The notes beneath the pieces were generated by a model, which made no database searches, was not told the DNA's origin, and was given only the letters and a program-made list of their open reading frames with translations. The position numbers were made by a program, and so were the translations under genes. A DNA stretch of 50,973 bases from a virus (taxonomy: Duplodnaviria; Caudoviricetes). Of the stretch, positions 27,187-35,710 are shown in pieces. The DNA lies in the IMG/VR virus record IMGVR_UViG_3300018080_000032, positions 1 through 50,973 of that record; one strand, 5' to 3'. Position 1 is the first letter of the stretch. Each line of letters begins with the position of its first letter.

Positions 27187-28613
27187 ACCTCCGGGATCTC
27201 ATCCCATGTTCGCCCGTCGAGCTCGCGGCCGGCCGCCTTCTTGCCATAGCGGCACATCGTTGCCCCGTCGAGCTTCGCCGTAGGATGGTCGCGCCCGTCG
27301 TCTATCGGCTCGCTGAGGGGCGCCCATGCCCCCCAAGACTTGAAGAAGAACGGCACGCCCGCGGCCTGGCACTCGTCGCGCAGCGCCCGGGGCCACGCCG
27401 GATCCATCGGCCTCGCGCCCGGCCCGCTCTCGCCGCCGGCGATCACCCAGTCGAGCGATCCCGGACAGCAAGGCCTGTGCGCTTTGCCATGTGGCAGCCC
27501 AACATGAGGGCCAAACGCAAGGCGGAGGTTGATTGGCCCCAGCAGCGGCTCGCAGCTCACGAACCGCACGGCCGCCGGCGTATCGAGGAGAACCGGGATC
27601 CGCTCGTCGGCGGTCGCCTGATCCTCGACGCTGACGCCGAGCCAAACCCCTGGCAACGGCCACGTAGGCTCGTGCGGCGGCGCCCACTGGCGGCCGGTAG
27701 CGATGTTCCTCGCCTGGGTATCGGAGATGCCGTACCGCCGCCCAAGCTCGGCGCCACTGACGCCGGCTGCGCTCGCTGCGCGCAGCTCTTCAACCTGAGC
27801 CTCCGTCAGCTTCGAGTAGCGACGTCTCGTGCCATGCCGCTTGCTGTCGTCCCAGTTCGATGACTGCGTTCCCCATCGCAGGTTCCACAGGGCGTTGTTG
27901 GTCGGGTTTCCGTCGATGTGGCAGCACTGCTCATCGCCCACACGAGGGCGATCGAAGGCTCCAAGTACGAGGTGGTGGATGAGCGGGCGCCCGGTCTCCT
28001 CACCGCGGTAGAGCATGACTCGCGCGTGTCCTTGACCACCCGACATCGGCGTCATCTCCCGACGCTCTCCCTTGTGGTCGGAAAAGACCCGACCCTTGGT
28101 GGTGACCCAGTAGCCTGGCCAACCCTCAATGGCCTCGAAGCGCTCAGCGGCGAACACCTCCTCGATGCGACCGGCCACCGCAACGTGCTTCATCAGGTCA
28201 ACGCGGGCTGGGAAGCCTGCGTCGCTGAGCAGCGATTGCATCCGCTCCGGCCGCTTCGTGAGCACCTGGAACGTGTGCTGCGGACACGCGGCCATTACTC
28301 CAAACACAACCGCGATCTGTTCGTCAGTCAGCCCCTCGTGGAACAGGTCGCTCATGCTGTCCACGAACACCATCGCCGGCTCGCGCCAGCTGAGGGGCTC
28401 CGCCAGCTTCTCCTCGACCAGCCGGACCTCGCCAGTCCAGCGCGGCCCGGGCGGCGTCATCTCGGCCAGCCCCTCGTAGGGCATGCCCGGCCCCGAGAAG
28501 CGCGCCGCGATCCTCTCGGCGTAGCAGTGCTCGCAGCCAGCCGAGACGCGGGTGCAGCCCCGGATCGGGTTCCAGGTGTGCTCAGTCCATTCGATGTTGC
28601 TCTGCCTACCCAC
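27183..28613 (-). CDS. Phage Gp37/Gp68 (DUF5131) protein with an in-frame NUMOD4-HNH endonuclease insertion
   Basis: IEWTEHTWNP, GCTRVSAGCEHCYA, SMSDLFH, LTKRPER, then the insert, then VWLGVSVEDQ, SCEPLLG, WVIAGGESG and PFFFKSWG. Confidence 0.92.
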   Translation of the reverse strand: MGRQSNIEWTEHTWNPIRGCTRVSAGCEHCYAERIAARFSGPGMPYEGLAEMTPPGPRWTGEVRLVEEKLAEPLSWREPAMVFVDSMSDLFHEGLTDEQIAVVFGVMAACPQHTFQVLTKRPERMQSLLSDAGFPARVDLMKHVAVAGRIEEVFAAERFEAIEGWPGYWVTTKGRVFSDHKGERREMTPMSGGQGHARVMLYRGEETGRPLIHHLVLGAFDRPRVGDEQCCHIDGNPTNNALWNLRWGTQSSNWDDSKRHGTRRRYSKLTEAQVEELRAASAAGVSGAELGRRYGISDTQARNIATGRQWAPPHEPTWPLPGVWLGVSVEDQATADERIPVLLDTPAAVRFVSCEPLLGPINLRLAFGPHVGLPHGKAHRPCCPGSLDWVIAGGESGPGARPMDPAWPRALRDECQAAGVPFFFKSWGAWAPLSEPIDDGRDHPTAKLDGATMCRYGKKAAGRELDGRTWDEIPEV

Positions 28614-28809
28614 GCGCCCTCCTGATCTGCGGGCCCACCGAGCTCGGCTCACCGGACTCCCGCTCAGCCCTTCGCATCGTCTCGATCGCCACCATCACCG
28701 CGCGAGCCAGACCAACCGCCTCGTCGTGCCGGACCTGGCCGCCGTTGTCGTGGATCACGAGTATGCGATCCGCTAGGCGCTCAGCTTCGGCAAGGTGGTG
28801 GCTACTCAT
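28606..28809 (-). CDS. Small hypothetical protein
   Basis: MSSHHLAEAERLADRIL...; overlaps both neighbours. Confidence 0.45.
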   Translation of the reverse strand: MSSHHLAEAERLADRILVIHDNGGQVRHDEAVGLARAVMVAIETMRRAERESGEPSSVGPQIRRARG

Positions 28810-29149
28810 CGACGTACTCAAATTCGATGCGCTTGCAGTAGTACGCCAATCCACCGAACAGCTCGCGCAGCAGGGCGTGAAACTCCTCGGGTGCCATATG
28901 CCCGCAGCCTTCTCGATCCAACTCTGCCCGATCCAGAGGCTCGTCAATCGCAACCGCCTTGACGCTGACGATTCGGATCTCAGCCAGGACGTTGTGTTTT
29001 TCGCCCTTCTTCAGGCCCTGTGTCCTCTCGACCGCTAACAGCCGGTCACCTCGCCGCAGTCGGTCCCATGTGCCCATGCGCCGCCGCGTGACTGTCTTAG
29101 TCCGGTTGCAGATCGCTTCTGTGGTGCGGCTGAAGCTCATTCGGCGCAT
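28802..29149 (-). CDS. ASCH domain protein
   Basis: MSF...KTVTRR...W..L..GD, REG and RIEFEY motifs. Confidence 0.85.
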   Translation of the reverse strand: MRRMSFSRTTEAICNRTKTVTRRRMGTWDRLRRGDRLLAVERTQGLKKGEKHNVLAEIRIVSVKAVAIDEPLDRAELDREGCGHMAPEEFHALLRELFGGLAYYCKRIEFEYVDE

Positions 29150-29154
29150 GAGAC

Positions 29155-29394
29155 TTACTCCTCAGCGACCTCGTGACCGGGGCAGCCACGGCCTGAATAG
29201 TCGAATCCCTCGCAGGCCTCGCTCATGGGGATGACCTCGTGCCCCTTCGCCAGTTCGTCCAACAGGGCGAGCTTCGCCTCTCGGGCCGTCATTGGCGAAC
29301 CATCGTCGTGCTGGAGCAGGGTCGCCAAGTCGTCGTCAGACCAGTTCACCAGTGCGCCACGGACATTCAGGGACATGTGGTAGCGCTTCATCAC
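29155..29394 (-). CDS. Small phage hypothetical protein
   Basis: 79 aa ending CEGFDYSGRGCPGH. Confidence 0.6.
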   Translation of the reverse strand: MMKRYHMSLNVRGALVNWSDDDLATLLQHDDGSPMTAREAKLALLDELAKGHEVIPMSEACEGFDYSGRGCPGHEVAEE

Positions 29395-29410
29395 CTCACC
29401 CTCCTCGCCT

Positions 29411-29875
29411 CTACCATGGCATCACCATGCTCGACACATCCTTCTCCTTGGCAATGCAATCGATGCATGTCCGCGAGCACGCGACCAGCCCACGCGGACC
29501 GCCGAACCAGTGAGAGGGCTTATCGCCTACCCTCTCCACCTTGGCTACCTTGCCGCAACCATCGCAGACGCACTGCGCGCGCAGCTCCGGTACGTCAACG
29601 TCCAAGGCTTCGGCTTGCCGCCCGTATTCCCATTCCTCGGGGCCACCCCGGTGCAGAGATCGCAAGTAGTCCTCAGATGCGACCTTGTACAGCCGGTGCC
29701 GCCGTTCTTGCTCTTCAGTGGGCTGAGCCACCTTGTCCGAGTGGTCGCTGAAGAACGTGCCGGTCGTCCAGCCGCAATAGGGACACCACCACTCCTTACC
29801 GTGAAAGGCGAATGTCCACAGCAGTGGCGTCTCATATTCGTCACGGTGATTCGGACATACACGCATATTGCTCAT
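29411..29875 (-). CDS. Cys-rich (Zn-finger) hypothetical protein
   Basis: CPNH, CPYCG, CDGCG and CSRTC motifs. Confidence 0.6.
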   Translation of the reverse strand: MSNMRVCPNHRDEYETPLLWTFAFHGKEWWCPYCGWTTGTFFSDHSDKVAQPTEEQERRHRLYKVASEDYLRSLHRGGPEEWEYGRQAEALDVDVPELRAQCVCDGCGKVAKVERVGDKPSHWFGGPRGLVACSRTCIDCIAKEKDVSSMVMPW

Positions 29876-30603
29876 TCGCCGTCCTCCAGATAGAGCAGCA
29901 TTGGCCTGGTTGACCGATCCGCCCTTAGACCCTCGATCCAGCCGCCGTCAATGCCGCGCAGCAGCTGATTGCCACATGAGGCGTTGCTGGCGTAATGGTG
30001 GTACTGGATGCCCTCCACTGTCTCCTTGATCGTCGAGCCCGGATTGCGCTCGAGGTACTGCTTCACCGCCTGCACCATTGCCTTGAACGGCGTCCAGTAG
30101 CTGCCGTCGGCGGTCCCGGCCTTGGCGTAGGTGGCGTGCTGCTCCGTCAGGAGCTCGCGCCAGGCGACGGCTAACCGCGGCTCCCTCACAAGGTGTCCCG
30201 GTCGACGCTCCTTGATCCGCACCTGTCGCTGCCACCGGCTCGGGTCGCCAGGAGGCACCTGGTAGTTGCAGACCTGCTCCCGCTCCGCGATCAGAACGCC
30301 GATTCCCAAGTGCTGAAGACACTCCCACGCGGCCCTGCCGCGGTAGGCCGAGCGCCGCTTCCACGGGATGCACACCGACACGCGGTTCGCCTGGTCGCGC
30401 CAGTCATACGCCTGCTCGATGAGCGCCCACGTAAACGACCGCTTCAGCTCGATGACCCAGCTCACGGGGCCGCGCAGCGCTACCACGTCAGCTACCTTGC
30501 CGCCGGCCCTGGCCTGCACCTCCTGGTACACGTCCCAGCCTAGCGACTGGAGCCACGGCACGACGGCCTCTCCGAGCTGTTCTTCAGATTCGCACCAGCT
30601 CAC
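29872..30603 (-). CDS. PD-(D/E)XK nuclease-fold protein with C-terminal winged-helix-like region
   Basis: DVYQEV...ADVVA...VIELK...IEQA motifs. Confidence 0.7.
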   Translation of the reverse strand: MSWCESEEQLGEAVVPWLQSLGWDVYQEVQARAGGKVADVVALRGPVSWVIELKRSFTWALIEQAYDWRDQANRVSVCIPWKRRSAYRGRAAWECLQHLGIGVLIAEREQVCNYQVPPGDPSRWQRQVRIKERRPGHLVREPRLAVAWRELLTEQHATYAKAGTADGSYWTPFKAMVQAVKQYLERNPGSTIKETVEGIQYHHYASNASCGNQLLRGIDGGWIEGLRADRSTRPMLLYLEDGE

Positions 30604-30818
30604 CTCACTCTCCTCGCCTTCACCCCGCGCCTCACGCAGATTTCCTCGCACCGAAACACCCGGTGCGAAAGCTCGCCGACGTAGTGGCCGGTCTCCGGGT
30701 CGATGTTGGCAGTCGCTGTCTCGATGTCCGGCTGAAACACCCACGCTCCCCGCAGACGGCCGTAGCGCTCACAGAGACGCACGTAGCAGCGACCTTCACC
30801 GGAGTAGGCCCTACACAT
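30600..30818 (-). CDS. Small hypothetical protein
   Basis: MCRAYSGEGRCYV...; GTGA-coupled to the next gene. Confidence 0.45.
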   Translation of the reverse strand: MCRAYSGEGRCYVRLCERYGRLRGAWVFQPDIETATANIDPETGHYVGELSHRVFRCEEICVRRGVKARRVR

Positions 30819-30819
30819 C

Positions 30820-31083
30820 TCAAGCTGCCTCCGCTCCTTCAGTGCCTCCTCCGGCGCACTCCAGGGCCGCCGCCGGCACAATGCCGCGCGAGACAACGTG
30901 ACCGTGCGCGTCCCGCACCAGCTTGATGTCGCCGTCACGCTCCAGGCCCCGAAGGTGGTACGAGATGACGCTTGTCGAGGCGCCACCAACAGCTTCAGCG
31001 AGCTCGCGGATGGATGGGCTAATGCCGTGCTCGGCCCGGTGGTCGAGTATGGCTTGTAGGATGTCAGATCGTCTGTCTGTCAC
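30820..31083 (-). CDS. LexA-type N-terminal DNA-binding domain protein (no S24 peptidase)
   Basis: TDRRSDILQAI...HGISPSIRELAEAVGGASTSVISYHLRGLERDG...SRGI. Confidence 0.9.
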   Translation of the reverse strand: MTDRRSDILQAILDHRAEHGISPSIRELAEAVGGASTSVISYHLRGLERDGDIKLVRDAHGHVVSRGIVPAAALECAGGGTEGAEAA

Positions 31084-31183
31084 CGGTTCTTCCTCTCTTC
31101 GCTCCTCGGGGGCACCGGCTGCCCCAACCGATGCCCCCTCAAGGAGGAGGACCCGTGACCGTTCTAGCGAACGGCTGGGTCAG

Positions 31184-31338
31184 TGTGGTCGGCGGGGCCT
31201 CGAACCCCGTCAGGGCTTTCGCGCGGTTGCTACTCCGCTGGGCCGTCTCTCGCTGGTGTGCGGCCTGGTTGTCATTCACGTCCAGAGCAGAACGCTTCAC
31301 CACGTCAGCGCCCAAGCGCGCCTTTACGCGTCGACCAC
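31184..31338 (-). ncRNA. tRNA-like RNA (~155 nt) with multi-hairpin insert
   Basis: Closing stem GTGGTCG/CGACCAC + A, T-arm CGGGG-TTCGAGG-CCCCG, D-like CGCG-TAAAGG-CGCG; no anticodon arm. Confidence 0.65.
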
Positions 31339-31349
31339 TTGGTTGTTAA

Positions 31350-31465
31350 TGGGGCCGTCCAGGTCGCTCACCTGCCGGATGCCGACGCCGTTCGTTCTTG
31401 TCAGCACGGCCTCACACTGTGCCTCCGGCCACGCCTTAGCGACGCGGTGCCCTCGATGCGGCCCC
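31350..31465 (-). ncRNA. Acceptor-stem-closed structured RNA (~116 nt)
   Basis: GGGGCCG/CGGCCCC + A, 3' hairpin CAGG-TGAGCGA-CCTG with a non-canonical T-loop, two further internal hairpins. Confidence 0.5.
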
Positions 31466-31468
31466 AAG

Positions 31469-31570
31469 TGGCAGCGTCCGGAGTCGAACCGGGGTTGTAG
31501 TGCCAACCGGCCAGTACTAGGGCATTGCCCGTTCCCAACCGTGCGCGCTCCGATGGGCGCCGCCGCTGCC
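31469..31570 (-). ncRNA. tRNA-like RNA (~102 nt) with a branched domain replacing the anticodon arm
   Basis: GGCAGCG/CGCTGCC + A, CCGG-TTCGACT-CCGG T-arm, GCGC-CCATCGGA-GCGC D-like arm, GGTTG/CAACC-closed insert. Confidence 0.65.
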
Positions 31571-31597
31571 AAGTTGTGAAGGTGCACTTACCCTCAA

Positions 31598-31670
31598 TGG
31601 GCTGGGGAGGACTCGAACCTCCGACACCGGCCTTATCAGAACCGTGCTCTCACCGCTGAGCTACCAGCCC
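31598..31670 (-). tRNA. tRNA-Ile(GAT)
   Basis: GGGCTGGTAGCTCAGCGGTGAGAGCACGGTTCTGATAAGGCCGGTGTCGGAGGTTCGAGTCCTCCCCAGCCCA folds as a full cloverleaf with loop CTGATAA; CCA not encoded. Confidence 0.95.
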
Positions 31671-31676
31671 GACAGG

Positions 31677-31877
31677 TCACCTCTCGTGCCACGCCTTGAT
31701 GCCGTGGCGCTTGCGAACGATCGTTCCGGCCTCGTTGATCGGCCGCAGACCGATGGTCTTGTAGCCCTCCGCGAGTGCTATTCGCTCAGCTTCCTCGAGG
31801 ACCTCGTCCATCTTGTCCTCGCCGAGCTGATACTTGAGGGCGCCCAGGCTATCCCTCGCCGCGCGAGTCAGCTTCAT
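31677..31877 (-). CDS. 66-aa helical protein (histone-fold-like or PCP_red-like)
   Basis: MKLTRAARDSL...EEAERIALAEGYKTIGLRPINEA; ATGA-coupled. Confidence 0.55.
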   Translation of the reverse strand: MKLTRAARDSLGALKYQLGEDKMDEVLEEAERIALAEGYKTIGLRPINEAGTIVRKRHGIKAWHER

Positions 31878-31999
31878 CGGTCGTCCTCGAGATCGCGCGC
31901 CGTGCCGACGATGCCGACCGTCAGCAGCCCGAGCATGAAGCACAGCGGGCCGTAGAGCGCGATGAAGACCCAGACCCAGGTGCTATCGCACTGCGCCAT
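31874..31999 (-). CDS. 41-aa single-TM peptide
   Basis: MAQCDSTWVWVFIALYGPLCFMLGLLTVGIVG..., preceded by a GGAGG RBS. Confidence 0.5.
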   Translation of the reverse strand: MAQCDSTWVWVFIALYGPLCFMLGLLTVGIVGTARDLEDDR

Positions 32000-32363
32000 T
32001 GACGGCCTCCTTCGGTAGCCTGATGTACAGGACGTTGCCGGCGAGCTTGGGAGCAGCACGAACCGGCTCTTCGACGCTGATGCCGTAGTGGGCCATTGCG
32101 CACCCAACACTCACCAGGCGCGAGCTCGTGCCGTTGCCGGGGGCTCTTAGGGCATAGCCATGTCCCTCGCCCTTCTTGGCCGCGCGCACCCCGATGGCGC
32201 GGTTGTCGGCATCCCACATGATCACGACCTGGTCGGGGTAGTGGATCATCCGGGCCGCCTCGTCGGTGAGCTGCAGCTTCCCGCTTGGCCAAAGCGACAT
32301 CATCGGACCGTTCGGCTTGTGCACCCGCTTGTGCACGAATTGCTCGAAGTGAAGCTCGGGCAT
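31983..32363 (-). CDS. Hypothetical protein
   Basis: 126 aa, strong RBS, coupled to the upstream gene. Confidence 0.6.
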   Translation of the reverse strand: MPELHFEQFVHKRVHKPNGPMMSLWPSGKLQLTDEAARMIHYPDQVVIMWDADNRAIGVRAAKKGEGHGYALRAPGNGTSSRLVSVGCAMAHYGISVEEPVRAAPKLAGNVLYIRLPKEAVNGAVR

Positions 32364-33334
32364 CAGTCGACCTCCATTTCAGCCTGCTTGGCCTTGCCCT
32401 TCTTGGGGGAGGGGGCAGCATCGCCGCCGCCCCCTCCATCGGCAGGTGTGGGGGTATCGCCAGACCATTCGTAGTCCTCGTCGGCCATCTCATCGAGGCG
32501 CTCGTTGATCTCCGACGTGCCCGTATCGCGCTTGGCCTTGAAGTCGAAGTGGTCGGAGCGCTTGGAGTTGCCGTCGCGGATGGACGTATAGACACCGCGT
32601 AGGTCGGCGAGCTCGTCTTCCGTGATGAGCTCCAGGTCATGCTCGAGGTGGTCCGCCAACATCGCTGACGTGACCCCGATCTGGTCGAACGCCAAGGCCA
32701 GGCGGCGAATGGCGGCCCCCTTGTCTTGGGCAATCTCGTTCCGAGCCGCCTTCGTCAACGTCTCGACCGCCGTTCGCTCGGCCTCTTCCGTCACGTCCGG
32801 AGGAATGAGCTGGAGGATGCAGTTGCGCACCAGGACGGCGCCGCGCCTGTTGGTGAGCTCCCGCAGGTCCCGCTCGTCGGGCTCGACCCACTCCGTGCGG
32901 CCGTTGCGCTTCCGTTGGATCAGTCGAGCGAACTGGTCTTCGGCCTCGACGTAGCCGTTGGTTTCCAGATCCAACGCGTAGGCCCGAATGTGGACGTTCT
33001 GCTCGTCGACGCTCACGATTCGGAGGCCGTATCTGATGTTTCCCCATACACGGGCCATCTCGCGGGCCAACTTCACGCTCGGTCCGCTGACCTGCTTGCC
33101 GCCACGAGGGAAAGCGTAGCGGGCGCCTTCCGCGAAGCCCGGCCGCTGACACGAGCGGATGATCTTGGTGTAGGCCGCGGCCTCGTCACGCGGGAAGCGC
33201 TTGGCGACGACGATGGCCGACTCGATCTCGGTCTTCTCGCGTTGGACGATGGACTGGATACCGCCGTCCTGTTGCTCCTGCTCCTCGAATCCGGCGAGCT
33301 CTGCCGGGGACGGTACGATCTCTGTGTTCGTCAT
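32363..33334 (-). CDS. Putative single-strand annealing recombinase partnering the exonuclease
   Basis: AKRFPRDE...YAFPRGG...GPSVKLA...WGNI phage family; ATGA-coupled to the RecE-like gene; acidic tail. Function inferred from context. Confidence 0.65.
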   Translation of the reverse strand: MTNTEIVPSPAELAGFEEQEQQDGGIQSIVQREKTEIESAIVVAKRFPRDEAAAYTKIIRSCQRPGFAEGARYAFPRGGKQVSGPSVKLAREMARVWGNIRYGLRIVSVDEQNVHIRAYALDLETNGYVEAEDQFARLIQRKRNGRTEWVEPDERDLRELTNRRGAVLVRNCILQLIPPDVTEEAERTAVETLTKAARNEIAQDKGAAIRRLALAFDQIGVTSAMLADHLEHDLELITEDELADLRGVYTSIRDGNSKRSDHFDFKAKRDTGTSEINERLDEMADEDYEWSGDTPTPADGGGGGDAAPSPKKGKAKQAEMEVD

Positions 33335-34170
33335 GCTGCCTCTCCTAGCCTCTCGTCTATCTGTCGCGGGGCCCAGACGGGGATGTCGATCACCTCGACG
33401 TTCTCGCTGTATCCCGGCCATGTGTCGGATTCCAAGCACTCTGCGTACCGATCCAGCAGCGGCCGCAGCTCACGCGTGCCGTCTTGGATTGCCTCGATGG
33501 ACAACTCGTATAGCGCGACGCCATAGGGCGGATCCTTCTCAATCGCCACAAACGCGAAGTTGCGGAACGGTAGTCCCAGCGCCTTCGCTCCACCCAGGTA
33601 GTGAGCCGCCTGGATGTGGTAGCCGTAGTTCCAGATGTCGCGGTGGAACGGATCGCGGGCTGCGCATCGAGTCGTTTTCAAATCGACGATGGTGCCCGTT
33701 TTGTGCCCCAATAGGTCAAATCGCCCTCGCGCCAGCACCCCCGTCGGCTCGTCGATCCATAGCGCCGACTGCTCGGCATCCCCGATCAGAAGCTGCCGCG
33801 CCTTCGGATGCGCCGCGATCGCGTCGCGGATCGCAAGGCAGGTGTCGTGGTCGGACGCTGACAACACCGTTGCCTCGGGATGCTCAGCAGCGAGAGCCGC
33901 GCGCGCTTCCTTGACCGCTTTCGTCCGACCGTCGCCCTCGACGTTGCGGACCCAGGCCGTCTCGAAAAGCTCCGGCAGTAGCACGCAGTCGTGCACCGCC
34001 GAGCCGAGGATCTGCGCCGGCGTCGACGGTGACGGATGATCCATCTGCCACTTGAGGTGCGCCGGCGAGAGGTCGCGAAGCGTCTTCAGCATTGACTGCG
34101 AGACGCCCGGAAGCTGGTGGTACTCCTCCATCGGGATGTTCGGGTAGAGTCCTGGCGCGAGCTCGCTCAT
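33331..34170 (-). CDS. RecE/exonuclease VIII-like PD-(D/E)XK nuclease (DUF3799)
   Basis: EEYH...SQSMLK, GSAVH, RGRFD, DLKTT, YGYHIQAAHY, EKDPPY and WPGY motifs. Confidence 0.9.
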   Translation of the reverse strand: MSELAPGLYPNIPMEEYHQLPGVSQSMLKTLRDLSPAHLKWQMDHPSPSTPAQILGSAVHDCVLLPELFETAWVRNVEGDGRTKAVKEARAALAAEHPEATVLSASDHDTCLAIRDAIAAHPKARQLLIGDAEQSALWIDEPTGVLARGRFDLLGHKTGTIVDLKTTRCAARDPFHRDIWNYGYHIQAAHYLGGAKALGLPFRNFAFVAIEKDPPYGVALYELSIEAIQDGTRELRPLLDRYAECLESDTWPGYSENVEVIDIPVWAPRQIDERLGEAA

Positions 34171-35411
34171 GCCGATACCCTCTCAGCCACCTCTCCATCC
34201 TCGATCAGCACGCTGACCTCGGGACCATCGGAGACCCTTTCCAGCCACACTTGCGCCTCAGCCTCTTCGGCCATCTTCGCCACCAGCGCCAGGTTGTCGT
34301 CGTCGAGGAGCGAGCCGTCGCGGATCAGCAGCACCCGCAGCTCGGGGTTCGCGGCGAGACCCATCGCGACCGACACGCGCAGTTGCTCGGCGCTCGACGC
34401 CTGGTCGAAGGGGATGCCGTTCAGCAGCACGCGATCCTCGTCGAAGCTCAGGCCCTCGACGGGGAACGCGGCTTCGGCGAGCGCGTGTCGCTTCTGGTTG
34501 TCGAGCTCGGCGATCTTGGCCGTCAGGTCGTCGTAGGCCAGGTGCGCGGCCATGTGCTCGCGCTCAACGCTGGTGCGTTCTTGTGCAGCGCGGTGCTTCG
34601 CGTTGAGCTCGTCGGCGTCGGCGATCTGCTCTTCCCACGGCGCGGTATCAATCGCCATTATCGACTTCAGCGCCTCCTCGCCCTCAGCTACGTCTTTCTG
34701 CGCTCTGCTGAGCGTGGCGCGCGCCTGTTTCAGCAGTCCCTCCAGTTCCTTGACCTTCCGCTCCGCTAGCTCTAGGGAATGCCGACGGTCCTCTAGCACC
34801 CTCCCAGCCTCGGCGTAGCGAGCATTGTGCGCCTGCGCCGTCTTCAGCTTCTCCATCAGCTCGGCAACACTCACCAGCTTCTCCGGCGCGTCCTCGACAA
34901 CAGGCATTCCCGCCAGCTGGCCCTCGAGCCGCTTCACGTCGCGGCCGATCTCGGTGCGGTCGTGGTAGACCTGGTCGCGCTCGGCATCGAGGTCCGCGAA
35001 GTCCAGCCCCACCAGCTCCTTCAGGGCCTCGACCTGGTCGCGCGGCGTCATTGCCGTGAAGGCCAGCGGATCGAACGACAGCCGACCCACCAGCCCGTCG
35101 AGCACTGTCTGCGGCGACTTGGCGCTGAACCCGTTGCCGGAAGTCACCCGCAGGTAGCTATCCTTCTCTGTCCAGGTGCGCTCGACTACGAACTCGCCAA
35201 GGTCGACCCTGGCACATGCCTTCTCTTCACCATCGCGAATCGGCTTCGACGGGCACAGCGCCTTGCCTCCGAGGGCGTAGGCGATCGAATCGAGCACCGA
35301 TGTCTTTCCCGCGCCGTTCTTGCCACCGATCACGACCAGGCTACCGTCGGGCTCGATGTGAACGGCCTTGAGTCGCTTGACGTTGGTTGCTTCCAGGGCA
35401 ACGATCTTCAT
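34167..35411 (-). CDS. SMC/Rad50-like AAA ATPase
   Basis: GKNGAGKTSVLD Walker A, coiled coil, ASSAEQ signature and LLIRDGS. Confidence 0.9.
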   Translation of the reverse strand: MKIVALEATNVKRLKAVHIEPDGSLVVIGGKNGAGKTSVLDSIAYALGGKALCPSKPIRDGEEKACARVDLGEFVVERTWTEKDSYLRVTSGNGFSAKSPQTVLDGLVGRLSFDPLAFTAMTPRDQVEALKELVGLDFADLDAERDQVYHDRTEIGRDVKRLEGQLAGMPVVEDAPEKLVSVAELMEKLKTAQAHNARYAEAGRVLEDRRHSLELAERKVKELEGLLKQARATLSRAQKDVAEGEEALKSIMAIDTAPWEEQIADADELNAKHRAAQERTSVEREHMAAHLAYDDLTAKIAELDNQKRHALAEAAFPVEGLSFDEDRVLLNGIPFDQASSAEQLRVSVAMGLAANPELRVLLIRDGSLLDDDNLALVAKMAEEAEAQVWLERVSDGPEVSVLIEDGEVAERVSA

Positions 35412-35710
35412 GCGTGCACCCTCCTTGTGCGCTCCACCTCCAGCCTCTTCTCGAGGCGGTAGTTCTTGTCGCTCAGGCGGACCAGGCTCTGGCGAACATC
35501 CTCCGCCTTGCGATGGTTCCGCGCGGCCTCTTCGGTCATCGCGTCGATGCGGTCCATCAGCGCCAGCATCAGGTCCGGCACCATGTCGTCGGCGCCCTCG
35601 CGATCGAGAAACGCCATCACCGAAGCGGCATCAGCCTCGGTGTAGACGCGCCGGCCGCTGATGAGGTCGTCGTGCAGGACTGCGTGGAGGTAGTCGATGT
35701 AGCCGCTCAT
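35408..35710 (-). CDS. Hypothetical coiled-coil protein
   Basis: ATGA-coupled on both sides. Confidence 0.6.
   Translation of the reverse strand: MSGYIDYLHAVLHDDLISGRRVYTEADAASVMAFLDREGADDMVPDLMLALMDRIDAMTEEAARNHRKAEDVRQSLVRLSDKNYRLEKRLEVERTRRVHA

Noticed and set aside
27684-28145. Intein in DUF5131
   Set aside because: No N-terminal Cys/Ser block and no His-Asn-(Cys/Ser/Thr) junction around the HNH insert.
31324-31587. 87-aa ORF across the tRNA-like units
   Set aside because: No clear RBS or motifs; the region is better explained by acceptor-stem and T-arm structures.
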